A stretch of DNA of 63,792 nucleotides, counting the filler, from Reticulomyxa filosa (lineage: Eukaryota; Protista; Foraminifera), in the NCBI GenBank assembly GCA_000512085.1. It is 23 parts of 23 records of this genome, joined end to end, with 100 filler letters (N's around TTAATTAATTAA, not from the genome) between each part and the next. Parts side by side here need not be neighbours in the genome. Positions count along the whole stretch, not along the records: positions 37,241 to 39,364 come from ASPP01002971.1; positions 39,465 to 42,123 come from ASPP01021216.1; positions 42,224 to 43,250 come from ASPP01015274.1; positions 43,351 to 47,287 come from ASPP01023345.1; positions 47,388 to 55,170 come from ASPP01016157.1; 18 more parts are not named here. One strand, given 5' to 3'. Both the position numbers and the translations under genes were made by a program. Every line of letters begins with the position of its first letter. The stretch's first letter is position 1. Below are positions 39,001-52,060 of this stretch, piece after piece. Under the pieces are notes generated by a model that saw only the letters and a program-made list of their open reading frames with translations, did not search any database and had not been told where the DNA came from.

Positions 39001-40863
39001 ATCAAAAAACAATAACAAAAAGTTTTTTGTTGTTTTTAAAATAACAATTTTATTGACAAATAAGTTATCTTAAAAAAAAACTTCAACGAATACAAAATCA
39101 AAGAAATTTGTATATTGAGTGTTATTTCAAGGTCTTGGATAAGTTGCTTATCTCGCAAATATCGACAAAAAACACTTTTAGTTCATTGCATTAATGTGAG
39201 AAAGAAACTTAGAATTCACTTAAAAAAAAAAAAAAATTTATAATTATCGAAAAGAATTAATTAGTACACTTTTGTATATAGTGAAATCAGCTATTTTGCG
39301 CCAGGGAGTGTAATGCAAAAAAAAATAGCTCTTTTGAGCGGATTTTAAAACAAAATCAGGAAACNNNNNNNNNNNNNNNNNNNNNNNNNNNNNNNNNNNN
39401 NNNNNNNNTTAATTAATTAANNNNNNNNNNNNNNNNNNNNNNNNNNNNNNNNNNNNNNNNNNNNCAACAAAAATAGCCACCACAAACGAGCAATAAGAAG
39501 AATCACACCAAAGATTTGCATGGGGCAAATCTATGTTCAAAATTATCAAATAAAAAACAAATTAACAATCAATCTTTATTTCAATGCATTTTTTTTTTTT
39601 TTTTAATACCGTCAGATTATTTTTTTTTTTTGGATAAAAAATAATCCATTGTCGGTCGAACATAGATTAGATTAATAACACGATTCCAAAAAAATAACAT
39701 TGCAGGATCCATAACTATTCATTTATTTTATATCAGATTTTTGTAATAAAAACAGTACCCCTTCTTTTTTTCAACACAAATACACACACACTTTCTTTTT
39801 TTTACCTTACACAAAGTTGTTAATAGTAGGACAAATACAAGATGAAGAAAAACTTAATAATTAGAAAGAACAGTTAACAAAGTTTGCAATTACAAACAAA
39901 AAATTCACTCCTAAGTTTCCTTTTTTTTTTTTTTGTATCATTAAAAAAAATCAAAATATCTTTATAATTAAGAGACCAAAAAAGAATACGTTTCATAAGT
40001 TTTTTTTTTTGGAGTACTACTGCTACTTCATTAGAGAAAGAGGTTTCCTTTTCTTTTTTTCACATTATAATTTTCCAAATCGTGTAATTCATATTTTCAA
40101 AAATAAGTGCAATCTTGTTTTGATTTTATTTTGGGATTCAAGTAAACGTTTCAGAACGCGCACTTATCAAGCTTTTGTTTTGGGTTGTATCAGTTTAATT
40201 GATAGAACTTGCAAAATATATTGCTGCAATAGTTTCATAAATAAATTAATGTTCTAATTTGATATCGAATAATTCGTGTACAAATAATTTGTTTTAATAT
40301 GAGACTTTCAAGGGAAAAAGTTTCTCTATTTTTTCATGTACCATAAACAATAATGAAAAAATTTCTTAAAATAGTCCAGTTCGAGATTTTTTCTATGATA
40401 AAATAGTTATTTGATTTTGCATTTTTCTTAATGTATTAGTTTTTGTCTGTCTTCTTTTAAGTAATCGATAATTCAGTGGCATGGATATCTTCTTTTTCAT
40501 CACTTGGCATGAAAAATTTAGATTCTTATTTGTATCTTTTGAGTCATGTCAATATTGTCAGTGCTTTTTAGAAGAATTACATCACTTTTTTTTAATTTAT
40601 GTCCACAAAAACAATATTTTTGTTTTAATTAATAAAATTAGATACAACAACTCATTTGAAGAAGAAGAATAAACACACATTCATAGAATAATATGAGAAA
40701 AAGCAAAAAACAATTCATTAAAATACAGCAATTATAATCAACAGCTAAATAAAAAGATCATTCTAAAATACATAAATGTTCACAGATGTTTATTTTAGGG
40801 AATATTTTTTTTCTCAATCTTACTATTTACATCACTCAAAAATTATTGCCGCAATGTCTTTTG

Positions 40864-42123
40864 TTATTTTATTGAATGTTGTTCTTGAAAGACTTCTGCA
40901 CAATAAACAAAGCTATGACCAGCATGCACAAGCATTAATTCATTAGGGATCAGTTTAACTAAAGCGTATGATGCTTCACCTGTGGCCTCGGCCAAATAAT
41001 GTTTGAGAGCGATCTTAGAGGCGTCTCTATAGTCCGTTTGACTTAATACACACTCCAAGAATTTTTTCCATTCCATAAGAAGTTCCCATATGAATGCACT
41101 TTCATTCCCATCAACAATGCTGCGCAATGTAGTTTTCAAATTGTCTGGCACTGGAACTCTAAAGATATAAAAAATATTTGTAAATTATATTTTACGAGTG
41201 AAAAAAAAATAAAGATAACTTATATAAATCCATCAATGTCTCAGGCATGCAATGCCATATATTTTCTGTAAGCATATGCATTCGTTCCAAGAATTTCCAC
41301 ACGCCATCACAATGTCTCAAGCAAAGTTCATTTGTTCGAGAAAAGGACCATATTCATCTTGCTGTAAATGTAAAAAGTCTTTCATATAACTAAGGATCAG
41401 ACTACCTCCATCAGGAATTGACTTTTGCCGATTAAGCCAAATCAATACCTGTTCTACTGATTGTTTGGCGGTTTTATATGCAACTAACATTTTTTTTTCT
41501 GTTGCTTGTTTGTAGTCTTTTTCGATACTATCAATCGATTCTTGTGTTCTGCTCGTGGAAAACTCTGCATGCTTTTCAATTTTATTTTTCAAGTTTTGGA
41601 GTATTTCTTCTGTCAATGGATGGAAATAATTTTTTTTTCTATTTTTTCGTATTTGTCTTCGATCTGGGCAATCACTTGCCGAATATCATACTGTCCTGCC
41701 AATTCAAAGAATAACTCATTCAATGAAAATGTAATGAATTTCCTACCAGTGATATAATTTTCTTTTAATCGGCTTTCCAACAGCATTAAATTGAAATTGA
41801 ATGGTTTGTTGTTTCCATATTCAAGTTTTTGAGTCGTACATTGTTGGATCTCTCTGTCATCATCATTATTATTATTATTTATTATTTATCATTTATCACA
41901 CATTACATACAGTCTCTATATATAAAAGTTGGAGTGTATATTTGAAACTGTAAAAATCGATTTTCATCAAGTTCAACAACGTCTTTTTCACTTGAAATAT
42001 GTGTAATCATGATATTCCCAATTGCATTGGCTTCAACTGCTTCTTCATCATCATCATTTAATGAACGTAATCTTTTTTATATTTTTTAAATTTATTTCTT
42101 TTGTTCTCAATCCCTTGACAAAT
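40864..42123 (-). CDS. RNF213 (mysterin)-like giant E3 ligase, C-terminal domain; 5' truncated, with frame breaks
   Basis: QCTTQKLEYGNNKPFNFNLMLLESRLKENYITGRKFI, EQVLIWL…SLILSYMKDFLHL, CLRHCDGVWKFL and LLMEWKKFL…LKHYL…IPNELMLVH occur in the same order as motifs I recall from the RNF213 C-terminus. Confidence 0.6.
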
Positions 42124-42227
42124 NNNNNNNNNNNNNNNNNNNNNNNNNNNNNNNNNNNNNNNNNNNNTTAATTAATTAANNNNNNNNNNNNNNNNNNNNN
42201 NNNNNNNNNNNNNNNNNNNNNNNAGGA

Positions 42228-43250
42228 ATGAGCATTGATCCCTCTTTTGATCCTGAGTTGACAAAGGCATTTTTGCATTTGAAACACGAAAGCATCGATG
42301 CGAACACAATAATCGGTGGCACGAACAAACTACACGACTCGAACGACAATGAAAAGGACGACCAAAACACCCCTTTGGACGAAAGTGAATGCTCACACTA
42401 TCAGCCCGACGACAACGGCCAGTCCTTTCCATCCAAAACAAGAAATTTTGACAAAGACAGCGGACAAGAGTTTGATATCGACAACCTTCGTTTAGAGTCT
42501 ATTCACATACACATGCACACACACTAGTGGGAGCAAGGAAAGGAGGAAAGAAAGGAGGAAAAGGGAAATTGTAAAAGAAGATTGTACATACATACAAATG
42601 TGTGTACATGTATATAAATATATACATATACGTATGTATATGGATATGTATATGACTGACGCAGCAGCAGTTTTGAATGACAAGGCAATGCTATCACTTG
42701 CAAAGTTGCAAGGAAAGCTCAATCTCTAGGTTTTTTTAAAAAAAGCTTCCCATTCATTTGTGGTTGATTTCGTCATATCTTAAAGCAATATATATGTATA
42801 TATACTATGTATGTAATAAAATCAAATGTGTTGTGTGGGTGCAGTGAAGAAGTGGAAAACAAAATTGAAGACGCCGAAATTGAAAGAACCAAAAAAAAAA
42901 TAGAGGATTATTTACAAAGGTAGGAAAAATTGAAGTGGAAAAAAATATATGTATATATTTCTTTCCTAATTCATATTGATTTGTGTCAAATGTTGTTGTG
43001 GATATCTGGAGATATTTGAAAATTCGATGAAGAAAGGCGGAGAGGCGGTCGACTTACAGACACGTGTGAAAGTGAAAGGCGCTCACAAATTCAAAGAGCT
43101 AAAGGGATTGAACTTGGGCCAAACCATCCCAAATGCACACAAAGGGTCAATTTGGTGTATGGAGTTTAGCAAGAAAGGAGATTATTTGGCTACTGGAGGA
43201 CAAGTTGGGTGTTTTTATCGACATGACCATTGGAAAAACACACACACACA
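42228..43250 (+). CDS. WDR44-like WD40 protein, partial, multi-exon
   Basis: RVKVKGAHKFKELKGLNLGQTIPNAHKGSIWCMEFSKKGDYLATGGQ matches the basic segment plus first WD repeat of WDR44-family proteins. Confidence 0.75.
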
Positions 43251-43396
43251 NNNNNNNNNNNNNNNNNNNNNNNNNNNNNNNNNNNNNNNNNNNNTTAATT
43301 AATTAANNNNNNNNNNNNNNNNNNNNNNNNNNNNNNNNNNNNNNNNNNNNAAAAAAAAAAAATGTTTGCAAAAATAAAAATTGTAAATGCGTATAC

Positions 43397-44846
43397 ACCT
43401 CCTTCGAACGACAAGTGCAGAGCATAACTGAAAATGACCTTGATGAGACATTGACACAAACAGTGTCAAAGCGATGGAGTGTAATGGGACCACCAACAAG
43501 TGCAGACGACGCAGATGATGCAGACGATGCAGACGAGGAACACAACGACACCTTGACGGGTTCCAACGCAAAAGCGTCTAGTGTCCCTCCATCTGCGACT
43601 TCCTCGACTTCCAACGAAGAAAAGACGTCATCGAATGAAAACGAAAAAGAAAAAGAAAAAGAAAAAGAAAAGGAGGAGAATGAAGGAAGAGGAGAAGAAG
43701 AACAAGACCCGAAATGAAGATAGCAAAGAACAGAATGATGGACGAAGCCAGTCGGTCCCTGCCGACACAACACAACATCCCGCTTTCCTTCGCAGCAGAG
43801 AAGAAAGCATACGATTAAATCGAATGATTTCACCAGAGTTGCGCGCCATGGCTACTCCGAAAAATTATAAAATGCCCGCTATTCAATCTCTCGAATCCAA
43901 AGCCTCCACGTCAAACCATAGCGGTTCCTATTTATTTGTGCATACATATTACATACATACATACCATACATACATATTTATGTATACGATAAACTTGTAT
44001 GTGAATCCATTTTTTTTTTAGATAAAGCGTACACAAGCACTGTGACTACGTCAACCGCTACAATGAAAGACCCCGATGGTAGTGTCCAAAAAGAACAGAC
44101 TGCGACAATCGCAAATTCTGAAGTGTGATTGCTTTTCATTCAACCGCAATCCTTTTTTTTTTTTTTTTAAATTGTATTGTTTAAGCATTATTTCGTGTGA
44201 ATGAATCAACATGCAAAATAGGAACAAAAATCAACCATTACAATGACCTCGAAGACCACAAACAACAATAACACCGATGAAATCATATCCCTCAAAACGA
44301 AGACCAATGCAAAAAATGAAACCAACAATGACACGGACAACAGCAAAACAACGGCTGTCTCTTCCGCTTCAAACTCAAACTCAAATTCAAATTCAAATTC
44401 AGATTTCAAGGAAGTTCATACACGACCACAATCACAATCACAATCACAATCACAATCACAATCAAATAAAGAAGTAAATTCTAAATTCCAAGCTTTGTTA
44501 GCAAAAGCAGAACAAAGCACAGCTGGAAATAGTAATACTCACAACTCAGAACAAACACGCCCTCCTTCACCAAAGAGTTGAGGGCTCCAATGTTTTGTCT
44601 CCAAAATACTCGTTGCGACAGAGTGAAACTAGGCCGGCTGAAATGACGACGGAAGAAGATCCTGACATATTGAAAAAAGAAATTACTGAATTGGAAAAAC
44701 TCTTAGCTGAAAAAAAATCACGATTGGCAGAACTTAGTATGTTTTTTTTCTCTTCGCACAAACGAATAAACCTGCGATATGCAATTTTGTGTTTGTTTGA
44801 TTGGTACAGTACGCAAAAATTCAACGGAAACAAACAAAACAAAACC

Positions 44847-44894
<48 letters not shown>

Positions 44895-44940
44895 GTGAAA
44901 TCTTCAAAGAGAAAGCGTGTACACCACGCTGATGGCTAAA
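43397..44940 (+). CDS. Low-complexity hypothetical protein, 3' part, multi-exon
   Basis: Successive D/E/S/T/N-rich open frames ending in a coiled-coil-like segment LKKEITELEKLLAEKKSRLAEL. Confidence 0.5.
44428..44464. repeat. (CAATCA)n hexanucleotide microsatellite, coding QS repeats
   Basis: Direct reading. Confidence 0.9.
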
Positions 44941-45407
44941 TAATACATAATCTTATCCGAAACGTTGCTGTTGACTGACTGCATTTTTATCTCTTTCTTT
45001 GATAAACATAAAACTCCTTTTTTTCTTATTTTTTCCGAAAAATATCATTATCATATTTGTGCTTCTTTTGATCTTTTTTTTTTTCTCTTGTTGTTTAGCA
45101 AAAGTTTTTATTTTCTCTGGTGAATAGTATGTTGAAACAACAAAAAAGCTGTCTTAACTCTTGTGCTGTTTTTTTCTCTTTGTGATGCTTTGTTTTGTAT
45201 GTCCATAAAATAATTTGTTCAGAAATTGACTTTCAACTTTCTTTGTATACTTTTACAAGCGATTTTTATTTTTTTTCCTGAAACTACAAAATAACACTGA
45301 CAAAGATATATTCTACTCTATATCATTTTAGGCCGTCTCAAACAGAAAACCTTAAAAAGGGTTAAATTTCGAAAAAGTTAATAATAAAACACGATCACCA
45401 GCGAACA

Positions 45408-46270
45408 ATGTCAACTGATGGATATAGTGTCGGAGCAACAACGACAGAATGGCATGATGCCTTAGTAAAACATAAAATTATAGCTAAGCCAGAAAGAGAG
45501 GTCACTCAAGACGAAACAGACATAAAATTTATGTGGGAAACAAGAGAAAAAGAAGAAGCTAACAAGTATAAGGACAAAACATTAGAAGAATTGGGAGAAA
45601 TGGAGGATGACGGAGAAGAGCGGGTAAGTGCGAGAAAAAAAAAAAAAAAGAGAAGGGAAAGGGAAAGGAGCAGAAGAAAAAAAAAAAAGGAACAATAGAA
45701 GAATTGCGTCGAAAACGCCTGCAAGAATTAAAAGACAAAGAAACAGCAGAAAGATTTGGCCGCATTCAAGCAATATCAAAGGCAGATTACACGAAAGAGG
45801 TGACAGAAGCAAGCAAACAGTCGACAGTAGTATGTTGCTTATTTGCATTTTCACAACCAGAATCGAAGAAGATGTTACAATGTTTGGAGATATTGGCGGA
45901 ACGGTTCAAAGAGTGCAAATTTGTGAAAATCAAAGGTCAAGAATGTATTGAGGATTATCCAGAAGATTTTTGTCCAACACTGATCATTTACAAGAGTGAA
46001 AATCCCATTGGACACATCAAAGGGTTGCAATGCTTTGGCGGGATCGAGGTTATCAGTCCCGACATTGTTGAATGGGAATTAGCTCAAATTGGTGTCTGGA
46101 AAACACAAATGGAAACCAATCCTCGCACCTTTCAAATGCATACCAAAAATAAAACACGCAGTCGATATCAAAGCAAAAGTGCCAATGGTGAACGCAGTGA
46201 GATCGATGCTGAACAGCAAGATGAGGGCGCCGAACGTGCAAGTGATGCTTCTGATTTGGATTTGGATTGA
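45408..46270 (+). CDS. PDCL3: Phosducin-like protein 2/3 (PhLP2/PDCL3-type CCT co-chaperone); intron starting at 45624
   Basis: TTEWHDALVKHKII…LEELGEMEDD…RRKRLQEL…FGRIQAISKADYTKEVTEAS…KFVKIKGQECIEDYPEDFCPTLIIYK. Confidence 0.88.
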
Positions 46271-46617
46271 CAACTTTTTTTTGATACTTTGTTTCTTTGT
46301 AGGTCTATTTTACTTTTTTTTTTTTTTGCCGATGTTTCATGTTGTTTTTTTTTTTGTCTGTTCATCCGTGAAAACGCACATCGCAAAGTAAAAGCTTGGA
46401 CAATCGAATACACACTTTTCCTTTTTTTTTTTTGAAGTCTTGACCCTTTTCAGTCAACCAAATACATTTTTATTCACCGATCGATCAATTTGTAAAGCTT
46501 TAAGTTGTTAACTTACTCATATTTATGGCATTAGTTTTTAAATTGGGGCCAAAACTGAAATGTTCAAAACCAGCGAACCAAAAAAAAATAAGTAGTTGAA
46601 ATACAATAAGCTAAAAG

Positions 46618-47287
46618 ATGAGATTCTTGCATATCAATTGGCTCTTGTTGCTGTCGTTGTTGGCAGCACTTGGAACTGGCAAGGACAAGTATAATGAAGC
46701 GCTGTATTTTCGCCCTTTGCTTGGTGGAAGTATGTTAGTGCAACTGTTGTTTGAAATAGAAACAGAATATTCAACAATAGAAAGTAATAACTATGAAAAA
46801 TTTCCAAAACCAATTGGACAAATATTGAAAAAGCATCCAGTATGGGAATTAGAAATGGAATTAACAAAAGGTCGTTGGAATAAAAAAAAATGGGGTGAAT
46901 ACGGAAGAAAGAGATATGGATATGAAATATCACCATATGGAGCACAAATAAGAGGAATATTATATAATAAAGATAATAATACAAATGAAATAAATATGCA
47001 AAAACATTGGATAGAAATTGAATCTAAATTATCAGGATTATATTGTTCATCAATTAATCAAATAAAAATACAAAATGAAAAAATAAAATATGGATATTAT
47101 CCAATAGGAATAAAAGAAATAAATAATATTACTTGGATAGAATATTATGGTACATTACCATCAGAACCTGTTTGTACAGAAAATATGACACCATGGTTTA
47201 AGATGTTACCTTGTCGTAGAAAATCTGGAATTGGTCAATTAATTCAACCTACAAATTTATTTTCAACTAAATATCATTCATTACAAA
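46618..47287 (+). CDS. PIGT: GPI transamidase component PIG-T (Gpi16), 5' part
   Basis: Signal peptide; FPKPIGQIL…ELEMELTKGRW…WG; LSGLYCSSIN; YGTLPSEPVCTENMTPWFKMLPC…SG…LFSTKYHSL. Confidence 0.93.
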
Positions 47288-47459
47288 NNNNNNNNNNNNN
47301 NNNNNNNNNNNNNNNNNNNNNNNNNNNNNNNTTAATTAATTAANNNNNNNNNNNNNNNNNNNNNNNNNNNNNNNNNNNNNNNNNNNNTAAATTTGAAAAA
47401 ACAAAACGGAAATGGGAGAGTGACACCTTGTTACATATATGTATTTGTGTGCATGGATA

Positions 47460-50400
47460 AAGAGTACATCTGGTGTGGAGAAACATAAATTGGAAGCATG
47501 TCATTTCACAAAGAGTGGATTTGAATGGATATCAATTGAAGAGTAGAATTAAAACTTTGGAAAGGCAACTCGAACAAATGGAAAAAGAACTGCCACCGAC
47601 GCATCCTGCAATGCATTCATCATTGAACACAGTAATAATCGCTTTTTTTTTTTTTTTTTTTTTTATACGTAAATATGTAACATTATTATGTTACACATGT
47701 ACATATATGTACATAGGTTTCATTTGTAGGCTTGACCACGCCGGCGGAACAAAAACAAACTGAAGTCGAGCGCATGAAAATTCGAATGCATCAATATAAG
47801 CTTGGCATGAATGAAGTGGACCAATTTTACGTAAACCTGATTCAAAGTGGTGATCCGACTTTAATATTGACACTGCGGAACATTATCAAAGACAAAGACT
47901 CTCAAGTGCATACTGCAAATATTCCGTCTTTGATCTTGCAATTGGATCTTTCCAAGCACAGAGTTTTGCGAAACTTTAATTCTGTTGGAATGCAGTTCCA
48001 TACTGCCCCGGAGCTATTGAAGCAATTGGCAGAAAGAGTTATCACTTTTATTTCTCGTTCCGATTGGGGCCCATCGCTTATTCAGCAGCTGCAGATTTAC
48101 ATGTGGAGTGCTGGAGGTTTTTGTTGTCCCCTTTTTTTTTTTGTATCTGTTTGTGTTTTTCTCCTTGAAGCTGTCTGTTATTTGCACTACGTTGTGTTTC
48201 ATTCCGATCGTTTGCTGATTAACCTGAACGGAGGGAGGAAACAAAAAAAAAAAAAAAGGACTGTATCTATCTTGTGGAGAACGAAACGAAAAAGAAACAT
48301 CACAAAAAACCATTGTTGAATATTGCAACGACACTGCTCGGAATAATGATTTGAGCGTATCTTTGTCTTTTCGTTTGGTCGACTTTTTTTATAACGCTGC
48401 GAAGCCTTGTGTGCAAATTGTTTTCAAAGAAAAAATCAATGATGAAATGGATTACGGTAATAATTGATAATACTCACGCAGACAACTTCTATTTTATATA
48501 TATGTATATGTATATGTATAATGTATATACATACATAAAGGATATGTATACGTATACATATCCTTTATGTAATTTGAACGTATCCACAACCTCTCTTTCT
48601 CCTTGTCAAAATGATGGACAGAGATCATGTATGATGATGTAAGCACGAATGATTTGACTAAAAAAGAAAAAGTAGAGGTGTGGTCAATCCCAATAAAATC
48701 GAACAACAATTCCCCAGAATGTGAGAGAATTATCACCGTTCCGCTGAAATATGCAGAACGATTTTTCTTGCTTCGTGAAGCTGTGTTAGAAAACTACTTG
48801 TTAAAAGATATCGAGCCACTAAAAGTGAAGATATTAGCGCCACCCAAAAACGAGGCAGAGGACGAGCTGCGCTGGGACGATTATGCCGAGGATGAAAAAA
48901 ACAACAACACCAAACTAACAATTCGAAGCGAAGGAATTGACGACGAAGAAGACGAATGCGAACTCGTGTATCGCATTCAACTACCACCCGGAGTCACGAA
49001 TAGCAAAACTATGCAATTACTTGTGAACATCTTAGAACGTCCACTGCCCTTGACGACCCCACAACTCAATGAGCTCGATACCCGTTTCGTCACGCGTATT
49101 TATTATTTCTATTATTTTTGGATATACGTATGTTTTTGTTACTGTTGTTATACGTTTGAGTAAAGTACTTTTTGTTTGTGATAGTGGTGGTTCAATTGGG
49201 GATGAGCGGAGAATTCAATGAATATTTGTTGAATACAATGGATGCTCGAGACACCATAATTGCCTCGAAGGAGGAAATTAGACAACCTGGTTTGAAGGTG
49301 AGAGAATATCAACAGTTCGGACAACACGAATTGAAGTGGGAAATAACTCCCTCCAAACAGTGGAGGGTCGGAACAATCAATTTGAAGCGCTTGCAAATCT
49401 TTGGAGTGATATCCGTCGACATCAACATGGACATTGAGTGTGAATACAACAAGGTCAATCCATCCCCTTTGCTCGCACTGCAGTCATTAGACTCTCTCAG
49501 TGATGTTGATAAATCGCAGGGTGCGGATCAAGGACATATTTCTCATTCTAACGAAATCTGTGAATTTTTTTTCTCTGATAGCTTGTGGAATACTTGGCCA
49601 ATACGTAACGCGACAATTCGGGTAATTTGCTGTTGTTGTGAAGAGGAGGGATAAATAAATACATACAACAAAATCATAAGAAAAAAAAATCAACCAAAAA
49701 AAAAAAAAAAAAGTAAAATATAACAAAAATAAACCAAAAGACGAGTGATATTATTCAACGCGAACTCACACACAAATCCTTGTCGTTAAAATTTAATGGT
49801 GATTATATTCCTCAATTTGCGCCACTGCAAATTAAACAGTTTCGCATGATCGCCAAATGCCCAGAAGAGTGCAAGCGAGTTCAAATACGTAGCTTCAGTC
49901 TGCACATTCAATTCTGGGGTATGCCTTCATCTGATGTTGTGAGAGAGCTGTTACGTTCATTTGTTTGTTTTTTTTCTCTTTGCTTTTGCTTCAAGTATTC
50001 CTCGTTTTGTTTTTTTTTTTAATACGTAACCTGTGTATGCATACGTATAATGATGTTTGGACTTGGATTGATTTCCTGAAAGGACCAAAGAACAGGAAGA
50101 AATAGAACCTTTCCACGGCTTTTCAGAATCAAAAATGAAACCATTATCCAGAGAAAATGGTTTACTTTTATTTCTGTATTTTGATTAAAACCTGGCCAAT
50201 GTATTTGTGCAAATGTGTGCAATTTTGTTTGTGACAAAATGGTAGTGCCACTGGCTACTACCACAACTGAAAAAGTTATTTACCGTGTCGTACTGATGTT
50301 GGGCGCGAGTTTCGTCAAATTTTTTTTTTTTTTTTTTTTTCTCATGTTGCATGAAATAAATATATGTTTGTATCTGAATTATATACGCACACAAATCATG

Positions 50401-51695
50401 AAAGAGGAATCACAAAAACATGTGTTATTTCGATCCATTCAAGCATTTCACAATCTCAAATTATTTGAAGAAAAGACCAAAAAAACCAATGCAAAACAAA
50501 AAATTCGTGAATTTGTGTTGAAGTCCATGACAACCAAAATTATACCAGCTATTACTGATAAGGTTTGTGAGAAGAGGATGCGTATTCGTTTTATTTTTTT
50601 TTTCTCTTTCTAAGGTTTATGATGTGCGAAAAATTCATTTGAATGTCTCAGGATGGGCATATGTCAAAGTTGTGCGACACAATAAGAAATGTTAATAATG
50701 AAGATGTAATGGTTGAAGAATGGACAATTGCAAAAGATCCAAATGTACCTTTAATATCCTCTACAGAATTGGCGGACACATTATCGACGGTGTGGAAATG
50801 GGATGTGATAAAACAAATTTGGAAGGAACGACATAAAACATTGCCAGGTTTCAATCCATACTTGGAATATTATTTAAATGATATTGAACGCATTTGTCAA
50901 GAGAACTATATTCCTACGGAAGAGGATATGATAAGAGCCCCAAGAGACGATGTTCGAACGGATGAAGATGTTCCACCACTTACAATTCTCTACAATCCTT
51001 ATAGATTCTTTGATTTAAACAGTAAAAACACAATTCTCAGTTTTTCTGACCTACCTTCTTGGTATTCCAATTGGAAAAAGCCTACTGCGCTGTTCTTTGT
51101 GATGTCTCTTGGGTCTTACTGCGAAGAACTGGGAATGAAAAAATACCATGCAATGGTGAGACGATTTCGGCAGCAAAATGGTGGAAAATCACTGGATTTT
51201 GACAGAGAGAAAGATAATTCAAATAACACAGAATTTGATTTTCATTCTAATATCATGCATCTTTCAATTCAATTATTTGGTCAAATGTTACATCAATGGA
51301 GAAAAGAAAAACCTAAATGCATTATACTGTTAACCAACAAAAAATTATTGAGAAACTGGGTCATCACACAAAAAGTTCCTTTCAATCGATGTTGTCTCGA
51401 ATCTTGTAAATGGGGTCGTGATCTCAACATAGAAAATAATCCAGTTGTACCAGATCATGAAACAGAGACAAAACACGACGGAATGGATACACCACGCTTC
51501 AATGAGGAGAAATACCACCGGAAAGTTAACCATTACATTAATAAAATTGTCCATTACATTAAATTGCAGTTCGACCACGAACGAAAGCAAAGAAATTTTC
51601 CCAGATTATCCATCTTTGTTGAAGAAGGTGACTGCATTGATCAAAAGAAGATTGAAAAAATTTGTCTTCAAATTGATCAAACATTGAATGTGTAA
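47460..51695 (+). CDS. Very large multi-exon protein with a C-terminal degenerate heterotrimeric G-alpha domain
   Basis: An exon chain with compatible intron phases leads into VVLMLGAKESQKHVLF, YYLNDIERICQENYIPTEEDMIR, ALFFVMSLGSY, NIMHLSIQLF and IILLTNKK, which are G-alpha landmarks. Confidence 0.75.
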
Positions 51696-52060
51696 CTTAT
51701 TTTTGAGTTTTTGACACCTACGTGTCTGTTTCTCCTTTTGTTGTAATTTTATTTTTGGTGAATTGTTTTTTTTGTTTTATCATTGTAAATACTGCACAGA
51801 ATTTGTTTTCGAGTGGTTTGAACATTTGGTTTTGGGTTGGAACAGAGTGAGCAAATGTCATAAAAAATATTATCCAATTGTAAGATTTCTTTTTTTTTGT
51901 GTTTTTGCACAAATTAATTCAAGGGAACCACATAACAGCGAAGCACTAAATTGTTTGAACAGAGGAATGAATAAATTTAGCGAAAAAACAAAAAGCAAGA
52001 CCAAAGCCACAAACGAAATCTGAGAAAACCGAGAATCAACAGCAAGAAAACAAAAAAAGT

